Shown: positions 19,901 through 28,773, counted from the first letter of the stretch. The stretch is DNA of 52,446 nt from a virus (IMGVR_UViG_3300020463_000029:1-52446), one strand, 5' to 3'. Notes: a model not told the origin generated them from the letters alone. Numbers and translations: made by a program.

Positions 19901-22651
19901 TATGAATCACTTAAAGGTGCTAAATGGTATGTAAATTCTGTACAAGGTAGCACAACAAAAGATATGTTCTATATGAGAAATGCTACAGGTTTAAGAAACT
20001 GTACACTACAAGGTTTATCAGGAACATTAGGATCAGCAAACAGTTATGGTACAAAACGACCAACAGCAGGTGCGTTTGTTTCATTAGATCCAGGATTTGG
20101 TCCAAACGATTACAGAACATGGATCGCAACTACTGTGGCTGGTACAGGTCAATTTACACCAACAGATGGTACATATGATCCTGCAACAGGAACAACTGTT
20201 TTAACAATTGGTGCACACCAATTACAACCAGGTGACACTGTAAGACTTGCAACAGCAAGTTTAACTTTCCAATGTTCACAGGACAATTATGGATCAAACC
20301 ATGCTTATCCGAGAGCATCAGACCCGGCGGCAGGTGCAGAATTAATGGTAGAAGCAGTTACTCCAACAACAATTACAATTAATGTTGGTGCAAGTGGCGG
20401 TGGAGACCAATACGTACACAGATGGGTAAGTGCAACTGCAAACGCAGTTCAAGAAGAACACGTATCAAGAGCAGGTGGTAGATCACCTTACGTACAAAAC
20501 GTAACAAACTTTGGTACTGGTGCAACAGGTTTAAAAATTGACGGTGATATACACGCAGGTGGTAATGATTCAATCGTTGCTAACGACTTTACACAGGTTA
20601 TTTCCGATGGTATTGGTTGTTGGATTACAAACTTAGGTAGAGCAGAACTTGTATCAGTGTTCTCATACTACGGACACATTGGTTACCTAGCAGAAAACGG
20701 CGGTAAAATTAGAGCAACAAACGGTAACTCATCATATGGTGATTTTGGTACTGTTGCAGAAGGTGTTGACAGCACAGAAGTTCCAATCACTGCATTTGTT
20801 GACAACAGATCATCTGACGCATTAGTTGATTCAGTGTTCACAGATGGTTCACAAATTCTTGCAATGCAATATGCAAACGCAGGTAGAGAATATTCTAATG
20901 CAACATTTACAATATCAGGTGATGGTTTTGGATTAAATGGTGTTGCGGCAACATACAATACAGGTGGTGTTCACGAAATTAGATTAGACGAAACGCCAGC
21001 AAGTAACCCATCAGACTTTGGTGGTGATGGATATGTTACAACAACTAACGCGGCACAGGATGGTAACACAACACAAATTACTTTAGCGGCGGCAGATTCA
21101 TCAGCAAGTGGTGTGTATGTTGGTATGGCATTGTTCATTACAGAAGGTTTAGGTGCTGGACAATATGGTTACATCGACACTTACAATGCATCAAGCAAAA
21201 TTGCAACAATTAAAAAATTCTCAGATGGTAATGCAGGTTGGGATACACTAGGTGGTATTTCAGTACAAGCAGATTTAGATTCAACAACAATCTATGAAAT
21301 TACTCCGAGAGTTGTAATTGGTGCTCCGGCAGGTGATGGTTCTACAGGTGCAAGATCGGCAGTTGGTAGAGCAGTAGTTGCCTCAAACAAGATTACAAAA
21401 GTTTTAATTTTAGATTGTGGTGCTTCTTATACGACTGCACCAACAGTTACATTTACAGATCCAAACAACACACAAGACGCTCCAGTACAATCATTTATTG
21501 GTGATGGCGTATTAGGACAACCAACATTTGTTGCAAGAGGTACTGATTATGTTACAGCATCAGCAATAATTACTGCACAAGGTACGCAGGCAACTGTTAA
21601 TGCAATTACTAAAGCAAGTCCGGCTGTTATTACAACATCAGCGGCACACAACTTTAGCACAAATGATAAAGTTACATTCACAGGAATTCTTGGAATGGTT
21701 GAATTAAACACTGGTGTAAGATATTATGTTAAAGTATTGAACACAACTTCTTTTGAAATTTATGCAGATGAAGATTTTGCAACACCAATTGATTCAACAA
21801 ACTACACTGCTTACGCAAGTGGTGGTACTGCAGAATTACAAGGTGGTTTCAGAGATTCATTACAATCAGGAAAATATGTACAGGTAGAAGGTTTAAGTTC
21901 TTTACCAAGAGCAGGTTCGAACATACAGTTCAGTCATTTACCTACAAAATATTTCAAACTGGTTTCTGTACAGTCACAGTTAGGAACACAAACTCCTTAC
22001 TCTGCACTATTACAAGTTTCACCAGACATAAAAGTTTCAGAAGCACCACAACACGGACAAGAAGTAACAATTAGATTAAGATACTCTCAGGTACGTTTAA
22101 CTGGACATGACTTCTTAGATATTGGTACTGGTAATCTTGCAGAAACAAATTATCCAGGTTTACCTACACAGAACGCAATTCCGGCAAATGAAGCCGTTGA
22201 AGGTGGTGGAGGAAGAGTATTCTTTACTTCAACTGACCAAGATGGTAACTTTAGAGTTGGAGATTTGTTTAACGTAGAACAGGCAACAGGTATTGCATCA
22301 TTGAATGCAGATGCGTTTAACATTTCAGGATTACAAGAATTACAGTTGGGAGATCTAGCATTAGGTGGTACTAGTGCTTCTATACAAGAGTTTTCAACTG
22401 ATGGAACAATGGCGGCTAATTCAGATGCTATTGTGCCGACACAACGGGCAATTAGAACTTATATCGCTTCACAGATCGGTGGTGGTGCAAGTTCGCTCAA
22501 TGTTAACTTAATTACTGCTGGATTAGTGGTAATTACAGGTAATACGATAAGTACAAGTAACGGAGTAGCAATCAATATGCAGAGCTCGGTGAACTTTGAA
22601 AAAGGTGTAACTGGTGTTCCGATAGCGATGAACTACTTAATACATAGTTAA
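16955..22651 (+). CDS. Giant virion protein, paralogue of 11776, with CBM-like repeats, beta-helix and helical C-x-R-D modules
   Basis: 1898 aa. MAEFKLGRIRFVWKGSW matches MADFRIDRIRFKWRGDW; about 8 CBM-like repeats; shares VANDFTQVI, RATNGN.SYGDFG and TSTDQDGNFRVG. Confidence 0.8.
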   Translation: MAEFKLGRIRFVWKGSWYTGAVYSVDDVVRYGGRTYICVVNHTAASEFQTDLTAANWALMSDGQEWKGDWSLNTTYKPNDIVKYGGYIYICNTGHTSTAVANDGLEVDIAKWDLFIEGFNYTSDWAISTRYKINDLVRYGNSIYLCTTAHVSAATTADGLEANSANWESFAKGFNWLNNWAINTRYKSNDTVRYGGQLYICITGHTSAATTALGLEPDQAKWQAVHPGIEYKGTHAGTTRYKVNDVVKYGANLYIATAGHTSTTDLNADSANWGLFIPGLEFEDSWSSSTQYQQGDIVTYGGFQYVALTLNSNKNPSTQTSDWDLFVTGFSLKGDYNNGTAYKTGDVVRVGGITYISIADTTGNRPPNVLYWDKLNEGLYWRGTWTNATYYDKGDIIRGAINTDTSYVAVTSHTANNVGPSTINEPGYAPGAGVDTSVWQLLAGGPENDTLSAQGDLLIYGASGPSRLAIGNPGQALVVNSAGTLPQWGYVGQIDQVYYVSPDGSDVPAPDGGVTLDRAWKSIRYALHQMDKGPRNPQAVNLLERNKAFIQDETIAWINAQIAGAITPFTGSFTYNAVKCRRDIGILIESVLHDLRHGGNRKSRMSALSYFTPAGASYVTGQTAETAAAIVRAAYIAQQVVSNNTSYSASQGTTLQVSDLTKNAEAGTTTSIETLMKLSSDAITAGVVTGIPTEVYPNTTLNVKTGTYQEILPMSVKERCAVVGDELRSTNIRPAGVITNSSDTQYSLQGIQRLEAIVSDIIQNSAVTVTPTGGVTGLTPTSGTVLGIADVTGTDVATTTTGSGTGLKVTVVCNAFQSYSSVTITSPGQGYGAGDQITIPSATSCNANSNNAATPLGADIVLNTTGVTSGNTLTQNTAVPAGSAAAATAATTLADNIEKYIDFKINANGSEPAMTGSNIPNTTAGYTDARLRLLANKDFIARECSEYVKRQNPSLNFNQTDCEDDIKDYVDGMIHDLYYTGNYESLKGAKWYVNSVQGSTTKDMFYMRNATGLRNCTLQGLSGTLGSANSYGTKRPTAGAFVSLDPGFGPNDYRTWIATTVAGTGQFTPTDGTYDPATGTTVLTIGAHQLQPGDTVRLATASLTFQCSQDNYGSNHAYPRASDPAAGAELMVEAVTPTTITINVGASGGGDQYVHRWVSATANAVQEEHVSRAGGRSPYVQNVTNFGTGATGLKIDGDIHAGGNDSIVANDFTQVISDGIGCWITNLGRAELVSVFSYYGHIGYLAENGGKIRATNGNSSYGDFGTVAEGVDSTEVPITAFVDNRSSDALVDSVFTDGSQILAMQYANAGREYSNATFTISGDGFGLNGVAATYNTGGVHEIRLDETPASNPSDFGGDGYVTTTNAAQDGNTTQITLAAADSSASGVYVGMALFITEGLGAGQYGYIDTYNASSKIATIKKFSDGNAGWDTLGGISVQADLDSTTIYEITPRVVIGAPAGDGSTGARSAVGRAVVASNKITKVLILDCGASYTTAPTVTFTDPNNTQDAPVQSFIGDGVLGQPTFVARGTDYVTASAIITAQGTQATVNAITKASPAVITTSAAHNFSTNDKVTFTGILGMVELNTGVRYYVKVLNTTSFEIYADEDFATPIDSTNYTAYASGGTAELQGGFRDSLQSGKYVQVEGLSSLPRAGSNIQFSHLPTKYFKLVSVQSQLGTQTPYSALLQVSPDIKVSEAPQHGQEVTIRLRYSQVRLTGHDFLDIGTGNLAETNYPGLPTQNAIPANEAVEGGGGRVFFTSTDQDGNFRVGDLFNVEQATGIASLNADAFNISGLQELQLGDLALGGTSASIQEFSTDGTMAANSDAIVPTQRAIRTYIASQIGGGASSLNVNLITAGLVVITGNTISTSNGVAINMQSSVNFEKGVTGVPIAMNYLIHS

Positions 22652-22664
22652 AGGAGAATAGGAC

Positions 22665-22985
22665 ATGGCTTCAGGAAGAATAGGAAAATCAAATCTTTCA
22701 GCCGCTACCGATACGACTGTTTATACTACACCTGCTTCAACTTTCACGGTTGCAACAGTGAGTATATGTAACAGAGGTAATCAAGCCATCACAGTAAGAT
22801 TAGCGGTGGCGGACGCGGCGACTCCAGATTCATCAGAATTTGTTGAATTTGAGACAGAAATACTGTCTCATGGGGTTTTAGAAAGAACTGGACTTGTTTT
22901 AAATGCTGGACAACTGTTAGTAGCACGATCAAGTGGTGCTAATGTTTCGGTTGTAGTAATGGGCATTGAAACTAGTACAGCATAA
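22665..22985 (+). CDS. Small beta-sandwich virion adaptor-like protein
   Basis: 106 aa with an AAGGAG RBS; VYTTPAST...VSICNRG...LERTGLVL. Confidence 0.7.
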   Translation: MASGRIGKSNLSAATDTTVYTTPASTFTVATVSICNRGNQAITVRLAVADAATPDSSEFVEFETEILSHGVLERTGLVLNAGQLLVARSSGANVSVVVMGIETSTA

Positions 22986-23001
22986 TTTTAAGTAAAGTAA
23001 C

Positions 23002-23008
23002 ATAAATA
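23002..23008 (+). promoter_or_regulatory. T4-type late promoter (ATAAATA)
   Basis: Intergenic, upstream of the AAGGA RBS and the ATG at 23030. Confidence 0.65.
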
Positions 23009-23029
23009 TATAAAAAAGGAAACATTAAA

Positions 23030-23362
23030 ATGGGAAGATATATATCAACAACTGGAACTGCTGGCGTAGTCACTAAACAAGTGAACACAACGTACCAAGC
23101 AGTTGTAAATGATAGAATCTTAGCAGACAGTTCAAGTGCGACTTTTACAATCACACTACCTTTGAATGCATCATTATTAGTTAATGATACAATTCAAGTC
23201 ATAGATGCTACTTCAAACTTTGGTACTAATGCAGTAACAATAGCAAGAAATGGCTCTTTGATTCAAGGAGCGGCAGACGATTTAACTGCTGACTTGAATG
23301 GCGCTATTATGACATTAATTTACACTGGTCCAACTTATGGTTGGATAGTAGGTGCTGTATAA
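23030..23362 (+). CDS. Tail-fibre-associated protein, single T4 gp34-repeat-like domain
   Basis: 110 aa; D......FTITLP.....D.I.VID....F.TN..TI.RNG..I.G...DL....L.Y....GW resembles the proximal tail-fibre repeat unit. Confidence 0.6.
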   Translation: MGRYISTTGTAGVVTKQVNTTYQAVVNDRILADSSSATFTITLPLNASLLVNDTIQVIDATSNFGTNAVTIARNGSLIQGAADDLTADLNGAIMTLIYTGPTYGWIVGAV

Positions 23363-23409
23363 TATTTTATATTGTACAACATTATTATTAACTTGGAGAA
23401 ATTGAAACA

Positions 23410-24372
23410 ATGGCTAGTTTAAAATCATTACTAGGAAGTAAGCAAGACGCATTCGTATCTGTCACCGAAGAAAATTTGGAAAAAGGCAGAATTTACGTTT
23501 ACACTCCTGGAACTAACTACTCAAGACTCTGGTGCGGATTTTGTTTCCATCCAGATACATCAGGTACAGCGGTAGTAGAAGTTTGGGGTGCTGGCGGATC
23601 AGGCGCTGAAATGTGTTGTTGTGGTTTTGGTACACCTGGAAATGCAGGTGCTTATGTACGTAAAACAGTTTCTATGGCTCCAGGAGATTTCATTTGTGGA
23701 TACATTGGACAATCTTGTGGTAACGCAACTTCGTTATGTTTTAGAGGTTGTTCAGAAGCAACTCAAGTTAGATTTTGCTTAGGTGGAGCAGAGACTTGCG
23801 TTTGTGCAGAAGGTGGTAAAGGTGGATTAACTTATTGTTCAACTAGTCCTTCATATTATTGTTGTTACAGAGCAAATGGTTTCTGTGTAACAAGAACAGA
23901 CAATGACAACTGCGGAATTGTTTGTAACCATTGCAACGGTTCATGGATAGCGTGTGCATATGGTGGAGATGTTAACTGTCCAGGAAAAATTTCATGTGTA
24001 TCAGCATTTGGCTGTTACCCTTCATGCGTATGTATGTTTACTGATCACGTTCCAACTCCGGCTGGAATGTTTTCTAAAGAAGGCGCAATGATGTCTTATA
24101 CAAGAGAAAACGACAATGACTTTGCTCAATGGTCAGGTTCAGGTCACCACCAACACTTAGGTGTACTTGGATCAGGAAGATTCCCAAGAGGTGGTATACC
24201 TTTTGCAACTTGTTGGGGAGCGAGTAAGGCTTGTGGTTGTTATGAAAATGATGGTTGTGTACCTGTTATGCCTATTGGAACAGGTGGTAGAGGACCTAAC
24301 CCTTGTCCAGGTGTTAGAGATCACGCAATCAGAGGTGGACACGGTGGTGTCAGAATAAGGTTTACGGCTTAA
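23410..24372 (+). CDS. Cys-rich, Gly-rich adhesin-like protein 1 (30 Cys in 320 aa by hand count)
   Basis: EVWGAGGSG...GG.GG...GGHGGVRIRF glycine-rich fibre-tip scaffold with an MCCCG motif. Confidence 0.7.
   Translation: MASLKSLLGSKQDAFVSVTEENLEKGRIYVYTPGTNYSRLWCGFCFHPDTSGTAVVEVWGAGGSGAEMCCCGFGTPGNAGAYVRKTVSMAPGDFICGYIGQSCGNATSLCFRGCSEATQVRFCLGGAETCVCAEGGKGGLTYCSTSPSYYCCYRANGFCVTRTDNDNCGIVCNHCNGSWIACAYGGDVNCPGKISCVSAFGCYPSCVCMFTDHVPTPAGMFSKEGAMMSYTRENDNDFAQWSGSGHHQHLGVLGSGRFPRGGIPFATCWGASKACGCYENDGCVPVMPIGTGGRGPNPCPGVRDHAIRGGHGGVRIRFTA
23605..23630 (+). repeat. 26-bp exact repeat (second copy at 24577-24602)
   Basis: GCTGAAATGTGTTGTTGTGGTTTTGG, encoding AEMCCCGFG, in two of the Cys-rich paralogues. 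Confidence 0.85.
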
Positions 24373-24381
24373 GGAGATATT

Positions 24382-25398
24382 ATGGCAAGTTTAACAACAT
24401 TACTTCAAACCAAATATGATTTCGTAGTAGGAAATGAAACTAACCTTGAAAAAGGTAGAATCTATCAATACGCATCATTCTCAAGCAGACAGATGAATTT
24501 CAGATGTCACGTTTGTTGGGTTGCACCATCGGCTGGTACAGCAACTATTGAAATTTGGGGTGCTGGTGGATCTGGTGCTGAAATGTGTTGTTGTGGTTTT
24601 GGAATTGCAGGAAACCCAGGTGCATATTCTAAAAAAGTAATTACAATGGCTGAAGGTTGTTTCATTTGTTCAATACTTGGTATGCCATGCAGAAACGAAG
24701 ACGATTTATGTTTTAGAGGTTGCGGTGAACCAACTCAAGTATGTTGGTTTGGTAATGCTGGTGGCGACGGTTGTATGTGTGTTCAAGGTGGAATGGGTGG
24801 TAGATCATACTGTTCTACAGGTAACTCACCATACTGTTGTTTCGTAGCAGGCGGCTTCTGTCATACACAAGGCGGTGACCAATACTGCGGTATTATTTGT
24901 AATTTTAAAGATGCTAGTGCAAACCCAGAATTTTGTGCTCAAGCATATGGAGGTGATGTAAACTGTTACGGTGGTTTCAGTTGTACATCTTGGAGAGGTT
25001 GCAGAGTTAACTGTAACTGTAGACGTGTAGAAGTTTCTAAATTCCCTCCAGGAATGATTTCAACATTAGGTGGTGAAGTACACTACACAATGGACGAAAA
25101 CTCAGGAAGATCAGATTGGTCTGGAATGGGTGGTTGGATGAACGCATCACATGGTTATAACTTGGCAACAAGATCACCTACAAGAGGTGGACCATACACT
25201 GCTTGTTGGACAGGTAACAGAAGTTGCGGTTGTTATCAAGCAAACGGAAGAAATCCATTTATGCCAGCAGGCTTAGGTGGTCAAGGACCAACACCGTGCG
25301 ATGGTGTAAGAGATCACGCACACATGGGTGGCCCTGGAATGATAAGAATTAAATTTATAAGTACAACAAACGATTACGATTTACCAAGTGCACCGTAA
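24382..25398 (+). CDS. Cys-rich, Gly-rich adhesin-like protein 2 (29 Cys in 338 aa by hand count)
   Basis: AAGGAG RBS; colinear with protein 1 through MASL..LL, WGAGGSGAEMCCCG, CW...RSCGCY and P.PC..VRDH. Confidence 0.7.
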   Translation: MASLTTLLQTKYDFVVGNETNLEKGRIYQYASFSSRQMNFRCHVCWVAPSAGTATIEIWGAGGSGAEMCCCGFGIAGNPGAYSKKVITMAEGCFICSILGMPCRNEDDLCFRGCGEPTQVCWFGNAGGDGCMCVQGGMGGRSYCSTGNSPYCCFVAGGFCHTQGGDQYCGIICNFKDASANPEFCAQAYGGDVNCYGGFSCTSWRGCRVNCNCRRVEVSKFPPGMISTLGGEVHYTMDENSGRSDWSGMGGWMNASHGYNLATRSPTRGGPYTACWTGNRSCGCYQANGRNPFMPAGLGGQGPTPCDGVRDHAHMGGPGMIRIKFISTTNDYDLPSAP

Positions 25399-25420
25399 TA
25401 AAAAGGAGTAAATATAGTAT

Positions 25421-26392
25421 ATGGCAAGTTTAAAAGGATTACTTACTGTTAGAAACCCAGCAGAGATGGTTGAAGACAACCTAGAAACTGGTTATATCTA
25501 TTCATGGACTCCTGGAACTAACTACACAAATTTCTGTAATGGTGTCTGTTGGACTGCAAAAGCCAACGGTACAGCAATTATTGAGGCTTGGGGAGCAGGT
25601 GGTTCAGGTGCTAGAATGTGTTGTTGCGGTGACGGATTACCAGGCAATGCAGGTGCTTATGTTAAAAAAACAATCACAGTAGAAACAGGTGACACAATGA
25701 CAGGCTGTACAGGTATGGCTTGTTATGCACACCCACTATGTCACTCAGGATGTTCAGATCCAACTATGTTATGTTGGGTCACAGCATCTAACGGAAATGG
25801 TTGTATTTGTGCAAGAGGTGGTTACGGTGGTAAAACTATGTGTACAACAGGAAGTTCTTTATACTGTTGTTTCAGAGCACAAGGTTTCTGTACTGTAAGA
25901 TGTAATAATGATAATTGTGGAATGGTTTGTAACTGGTGTGAAGGTGCTTGGGAGGCACTAGGATACGGCGGTGATACAGGTAAAAACTGTTGCGGTCAAT
26001 TATCATGTTCAAGTTTCTTCGGATGTTGCCCACACTGTAAATGTTATTTCCAACAGCACGTGGCAACCCCAGCAGGTTTATTTGCTGAAAATGGAGCACT
26101 TATAACGTTTAACAAAGAATCAGACGGTACGCCAATGTCGCAATGGTCAGGTAACCAATTATTCCAGTTCTATGCGGCACTTAACTTGGCTACTAAATCT
26201 CCATATCAAGGTAACCCATTAAGTTACTGTTGGAGATCAGATAGATCTTGTGGTTGTTATGAAATGCAAGGATGTAACAATTACCTACCTGTGGGAACAG
26301 GCGGTATTGGTCCAAACCCTTGTCCAGAAGTAAGAGATCACGGAATTAGAGGTGGATTTGGTGGAATAAGAATCAAGTTCCAACCATCATAA
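25421..26392 (+). CDS. Cys-rich, Gly-rich adhesin-like protein 3 (32 Cys in 323 aa by hand count)
   Basis: Colinear with proteins 1 and 2; TAAATA at 25409-25414 lies just upstream. Confidence 0.7.
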   Translation: MASLKGLLTVRNPAEMVEDNLETGYIYSWTPGTNYTNFCNGVCWTAKANGTAIIEAWGAGGSGARMCCCGDGLPGNAGAYVKKTITVETGDTMTGCTGMACYAHPLCHSGCSDPTMLCWVTASNGNGCICARGGYGGKTMCTTGSSLYCCFRAQGFCTVRCNNDNCGMVCNWCEGAWEALGYGGDTGKNCCGQLSCSSFFGCCPHCKCYFQQHVATPAGLFAENGALITFNKESDGTPMSQWSGNQLFQFYAALNLATKSPYQGNPLSYCWRSDRSCGCYEMQGCNNYLPVGTGGIGPNPCPEVRDHGIRGGFGGIRIKFQPS

Positions 26393-26405
26393 TAAATGGA
26401 GTTAG

Positions 26406-26412
26406 ATAAATA
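26406..26412 (+). promoter_or_regulatory. T4-type late promoter (ATAAATA)
   Basis: Intergenic, upstream of the AGAGGA RBS and the ATG at 26434. Confidence 0.6.
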
Positions 26413-26433
26413 AAACTGTAAGAGGATAAAATT

Positions 26434-27087
26434 ATGCCAATGAACAAAAGTTTTAATATTGCAATGCCAAACAAGCCGTACGTTGAAGACTTCAGCGAAA
26501 ACAAAGTACAAGCGGCTACTTATACTGGTCCAAGATATCTAAAAGTTCAATATGCGAACGACACAAAATATATTGCAAACATCATAAGTGACGGTGACAC
26601 GATGGATGAAGTAAATGCAGGTCCATCAGCAGTAATGGAAAATCACACTTCTACAGTTATTGATGCAGATTCAGAAACATTGGTTGCGGCATACTTAAAC
26701 AATATGTATGAAACAGGTGTAGTTACTGATCATTCAGAAGATTTAGGAACAACTGATGATAACGGTGATGCAGAAACTTGGGAATATGTATGGAATGACA
26801 ACGGTGTTATTCATCAAATTTACTTACAAGGCACTGCAAAGTTTGAAAGCAATGCAGTAGTGGCTCCAGAGTTCAGATCACACGCAGTTTCAGTTGATAC
26901 TTTCAACGATTCAATAACAACGCAAATTGCTCAATGCACAGAAGAATTAGCAAGGGCTGATGTTTACACAGACGATGAAAAAACAGCAATTACAACTTAC
27001 AAAACTTGGTTAGAAGGTATTTCAACGAAGTATGCGGCTGTTGATCACTGGAAAATTCCTTTCCCACAATTCCCTGATTTCAAATAA
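26434..27087 (+). CDS. Acidic protein, possible tail-fibre assembly chaperone; paralogue of 27134
   Basis: 217 aa. Shares ATY.G.R, E.WEY, PE...H, ELAR..D.Y, YK.WLE and H.KI..P..P with the next ORF; the C-terminus resembles Tfa-type chaperones; lies after the adhesin-like genes. Confidence 0.5.
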   Translation: MPMNKSFNIAMPNKPYVEDFSENKVQAATYTGPRYLKVQYANDTKYIANIISDGDTMDEVNAGPSAVMENHTSTVIDADSETLVAAYLNNMYETGVVTDHSEDLGTTDDNGDAETWEYVWNDNGVIHQIYLQGTAKFESNAVVAPEFRSHAVSVDTFNDSITTQIAQCTEELARADVYTDDEKTAITTYKTWLEGISTKYAAVDHWKIPFPQFPDFK

Positions 27088-27133
27088 TCAGTTTTAAAAA
27101 TTACAATCTTAAAACTCCATAAGTACGATTACT

Positions 27134-27781
27134 ATGGAACGAATTAAATTTCAAATACCTATCTGGGACGAACCACATCAAAACAAATTTGAAAATGGAA
27201 TCACACACGAAGCAACATACGTGGGTAATAGATTTGTTTTGGTTGCAGTGCGTAAAAAAGATGATCTACTGCAAGAACCACTTGTAGAGTACAGCCAAGG
27301 TGATAAAGAAAAAGGTGACATTAAATATTTTATAGATGATGACAAGTACACACTTGAAGTAGATAGTTGGAAACATCCATTTGTGTGTGCGGCATTAACT
27401 TCGAAATATGATCACGAACCTTGCCCTAATTGGAGTGAGAAAATAGGTGTTGATGATGAAGTCTGGGAGTACACTTATTCAGACACTCACGCAGTGATAA
27501 AACATATTTTTAAAACGGATACCATTTATTACAAGAATGGAGAATTTACTCGTCCAGAAGTCCATACACATCCAATAGATGAAAAACAATTTTGGGAACT
27601 TTTAGAAGTGCATAGACAAGATATGATTAGAGAACTTGCCAGAGGCTCAGATGCATACAACGAACCAGATTTAAAAGCATTTGAAGAGTACAAACAATGG
27701 CTAGAAATAGCACCAACACGTTACAAGAATATTAAGCACTACAAGATTAAGTGTCCAGACTTGCCTAAAATTAAGTCATAA
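27134..27781 (+). CDS. Possible tail-fibre assembly chaperone; paralogue of 26434
   Basis: 215 aa with the shared motifs above; ATAAGTA at 27119-27125 lies just upstream. Confidence 0.5.
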   Translation: MERIKFQIPIWDEPHQNKFENGITHEATYVGNRFVLVAVRKKDDLLQEPLVEYSQGDKEKGDIKYFIDDDKYTLEVDSWKHPFVCAALTSKYDHEPCPNWSEKIGVDDEVWEYTYSDTHAVIKHIFKTDTIYYKNGEFTRPEVHTHPIDEKQFWELLEVHRQDMIRELARGSDAYNEPDLKAFEEYKQWLEIAPTRYKNIKHYKIKCPDLPKIKS

Positions 27782-27805
27782 TTAAACCACAGCAATTTTT
27801 CAACT

Positions 27806-27813
27806 TATAAGTA
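27806..27813 (+). promoter_or_regulatory. Late promoter variant TATAAGTA
   Basis: One mismatch to TATAAATA, 6 nt before the ATG at 27820. Confidence 0.55.
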
Positions 27814-27819
27814 ATTAAA

Positions 27820-28770
27820 ATGACAGAAAATAAAAGACCTAAGGCTTTTTTTCTTAATGGTGGAATGGGTAGAATTATATCTGCAATCCCTGCCTTGGAA
27901 AAATATCAAGAAGCAAACACAGATCCTGACTTTATAATTGTAATAGAAGGAATATGTGACATACTAAATGGACATCCAACACTGGATGGAAAAACTTATG
28001 ATATGTATCATAAGAATTTATTTCATACAAAATTAGTAAACATGGATATTGTAAGTCCAGAACCATACAGAGTAAATGAATATTTCAATCAAAAATGTAG
28101 TATTGCCCAAGCATTTGATATTCTTATTAACAAGCAAGGAGTAAGAGATTTACCTAAACCAACTTTAGTTTTAAGTAAAGAAGAATTATTGTCCGCCAGA
28201 AAAGCCATAGACGAAATAAAAGAAAAAACAAAGAAAGAAAAAGTTGTAATAATACAACCATTCGGACGTGCTATAAAACAAATAGACAATTCTTTTGTTG
28301 ATGCAAGTAATCGTAGTATAGAGTTTCATAACTTAAAAAACATGATACGTAAATTAATGAAAAAAGACTTTGCAGTTGTGCTTATGTCTGAATTTGGAAT
28401 AGATTTTAAAGATGCAGGTTTTCAAGATGAGGTTGCACTACCTGAAAAAGTAACTTTAAGACAATGGGCAGGCATAATAAAATATGCAGATGTATTTTTA
28501 GGTTGTGATTCAGTTGGTCAACATTTAGCATATGCCGTTGATACTCCAGCAAATGTTGTGTTGGGTGCAACATACCCTGAAAACACTTCATATCCTGATG
28601 TAAAAAATTTTAATATAATTGATTTAGGACAAATGACAAGAGAATATGATCCTATAAGAATAAGTTATGATGAAAGAATTAGTAGAAAAAATGAAACTAT
28701 TATGAGCATGACTCCAGAAATAGAAGATTATGTGGTATCAGCAGTAAACGGTGATCCAATTGAGGAATAA
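27820..28770 (+). CDS. GT9-like (heptosyltransferase-family) glycosyltransferase 1
   Basis: N-terminal FLNGGMGRIISAIPAL, central IIQPFG, C-terminal LRQWAGIIKYADVFLGCDSVGQHLAYA (GT9 DS...H.A.A signature). Confidence 0.7.
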   Translation: MTENKRPKAFFLNGGMGRIISAIPALEKYQEANTDPDFIIVIEGICDILNGHPTLDGKTYDMYHKNLFHTKLVNMDIVSPEPYRVNEYFNQKCSIAQAFDILINKQGVRDLPKPTLVLSKEELLSARKAIDEIKEKTKKEKVVIIQPFGRAIKQIDNSFVDASNRSIEFHNLKNMIRKLMKKDFAVVLMSEFGIDFKDAGFQDEVALPEKVTLRQWAGIIKYADVFLGCDSVGQHLAYAVDTPANVVLGATYPENTSYPDVKNFNIIDLGQMTREYDPIRISYDERISRKNETIMSMTPEIEDYVVSAVNGDPIEE

Positions 28771-28773
28771 ATT

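Noticed and set aside
23410-26392. Diversity-generating retroelement or invertible shufflon acting on the three paralogues
   Set aside because: No reverse transcriptase or recombinase in the window, no long near-identical repeat with adenine-specific mismatches, and all copies share one orientation.
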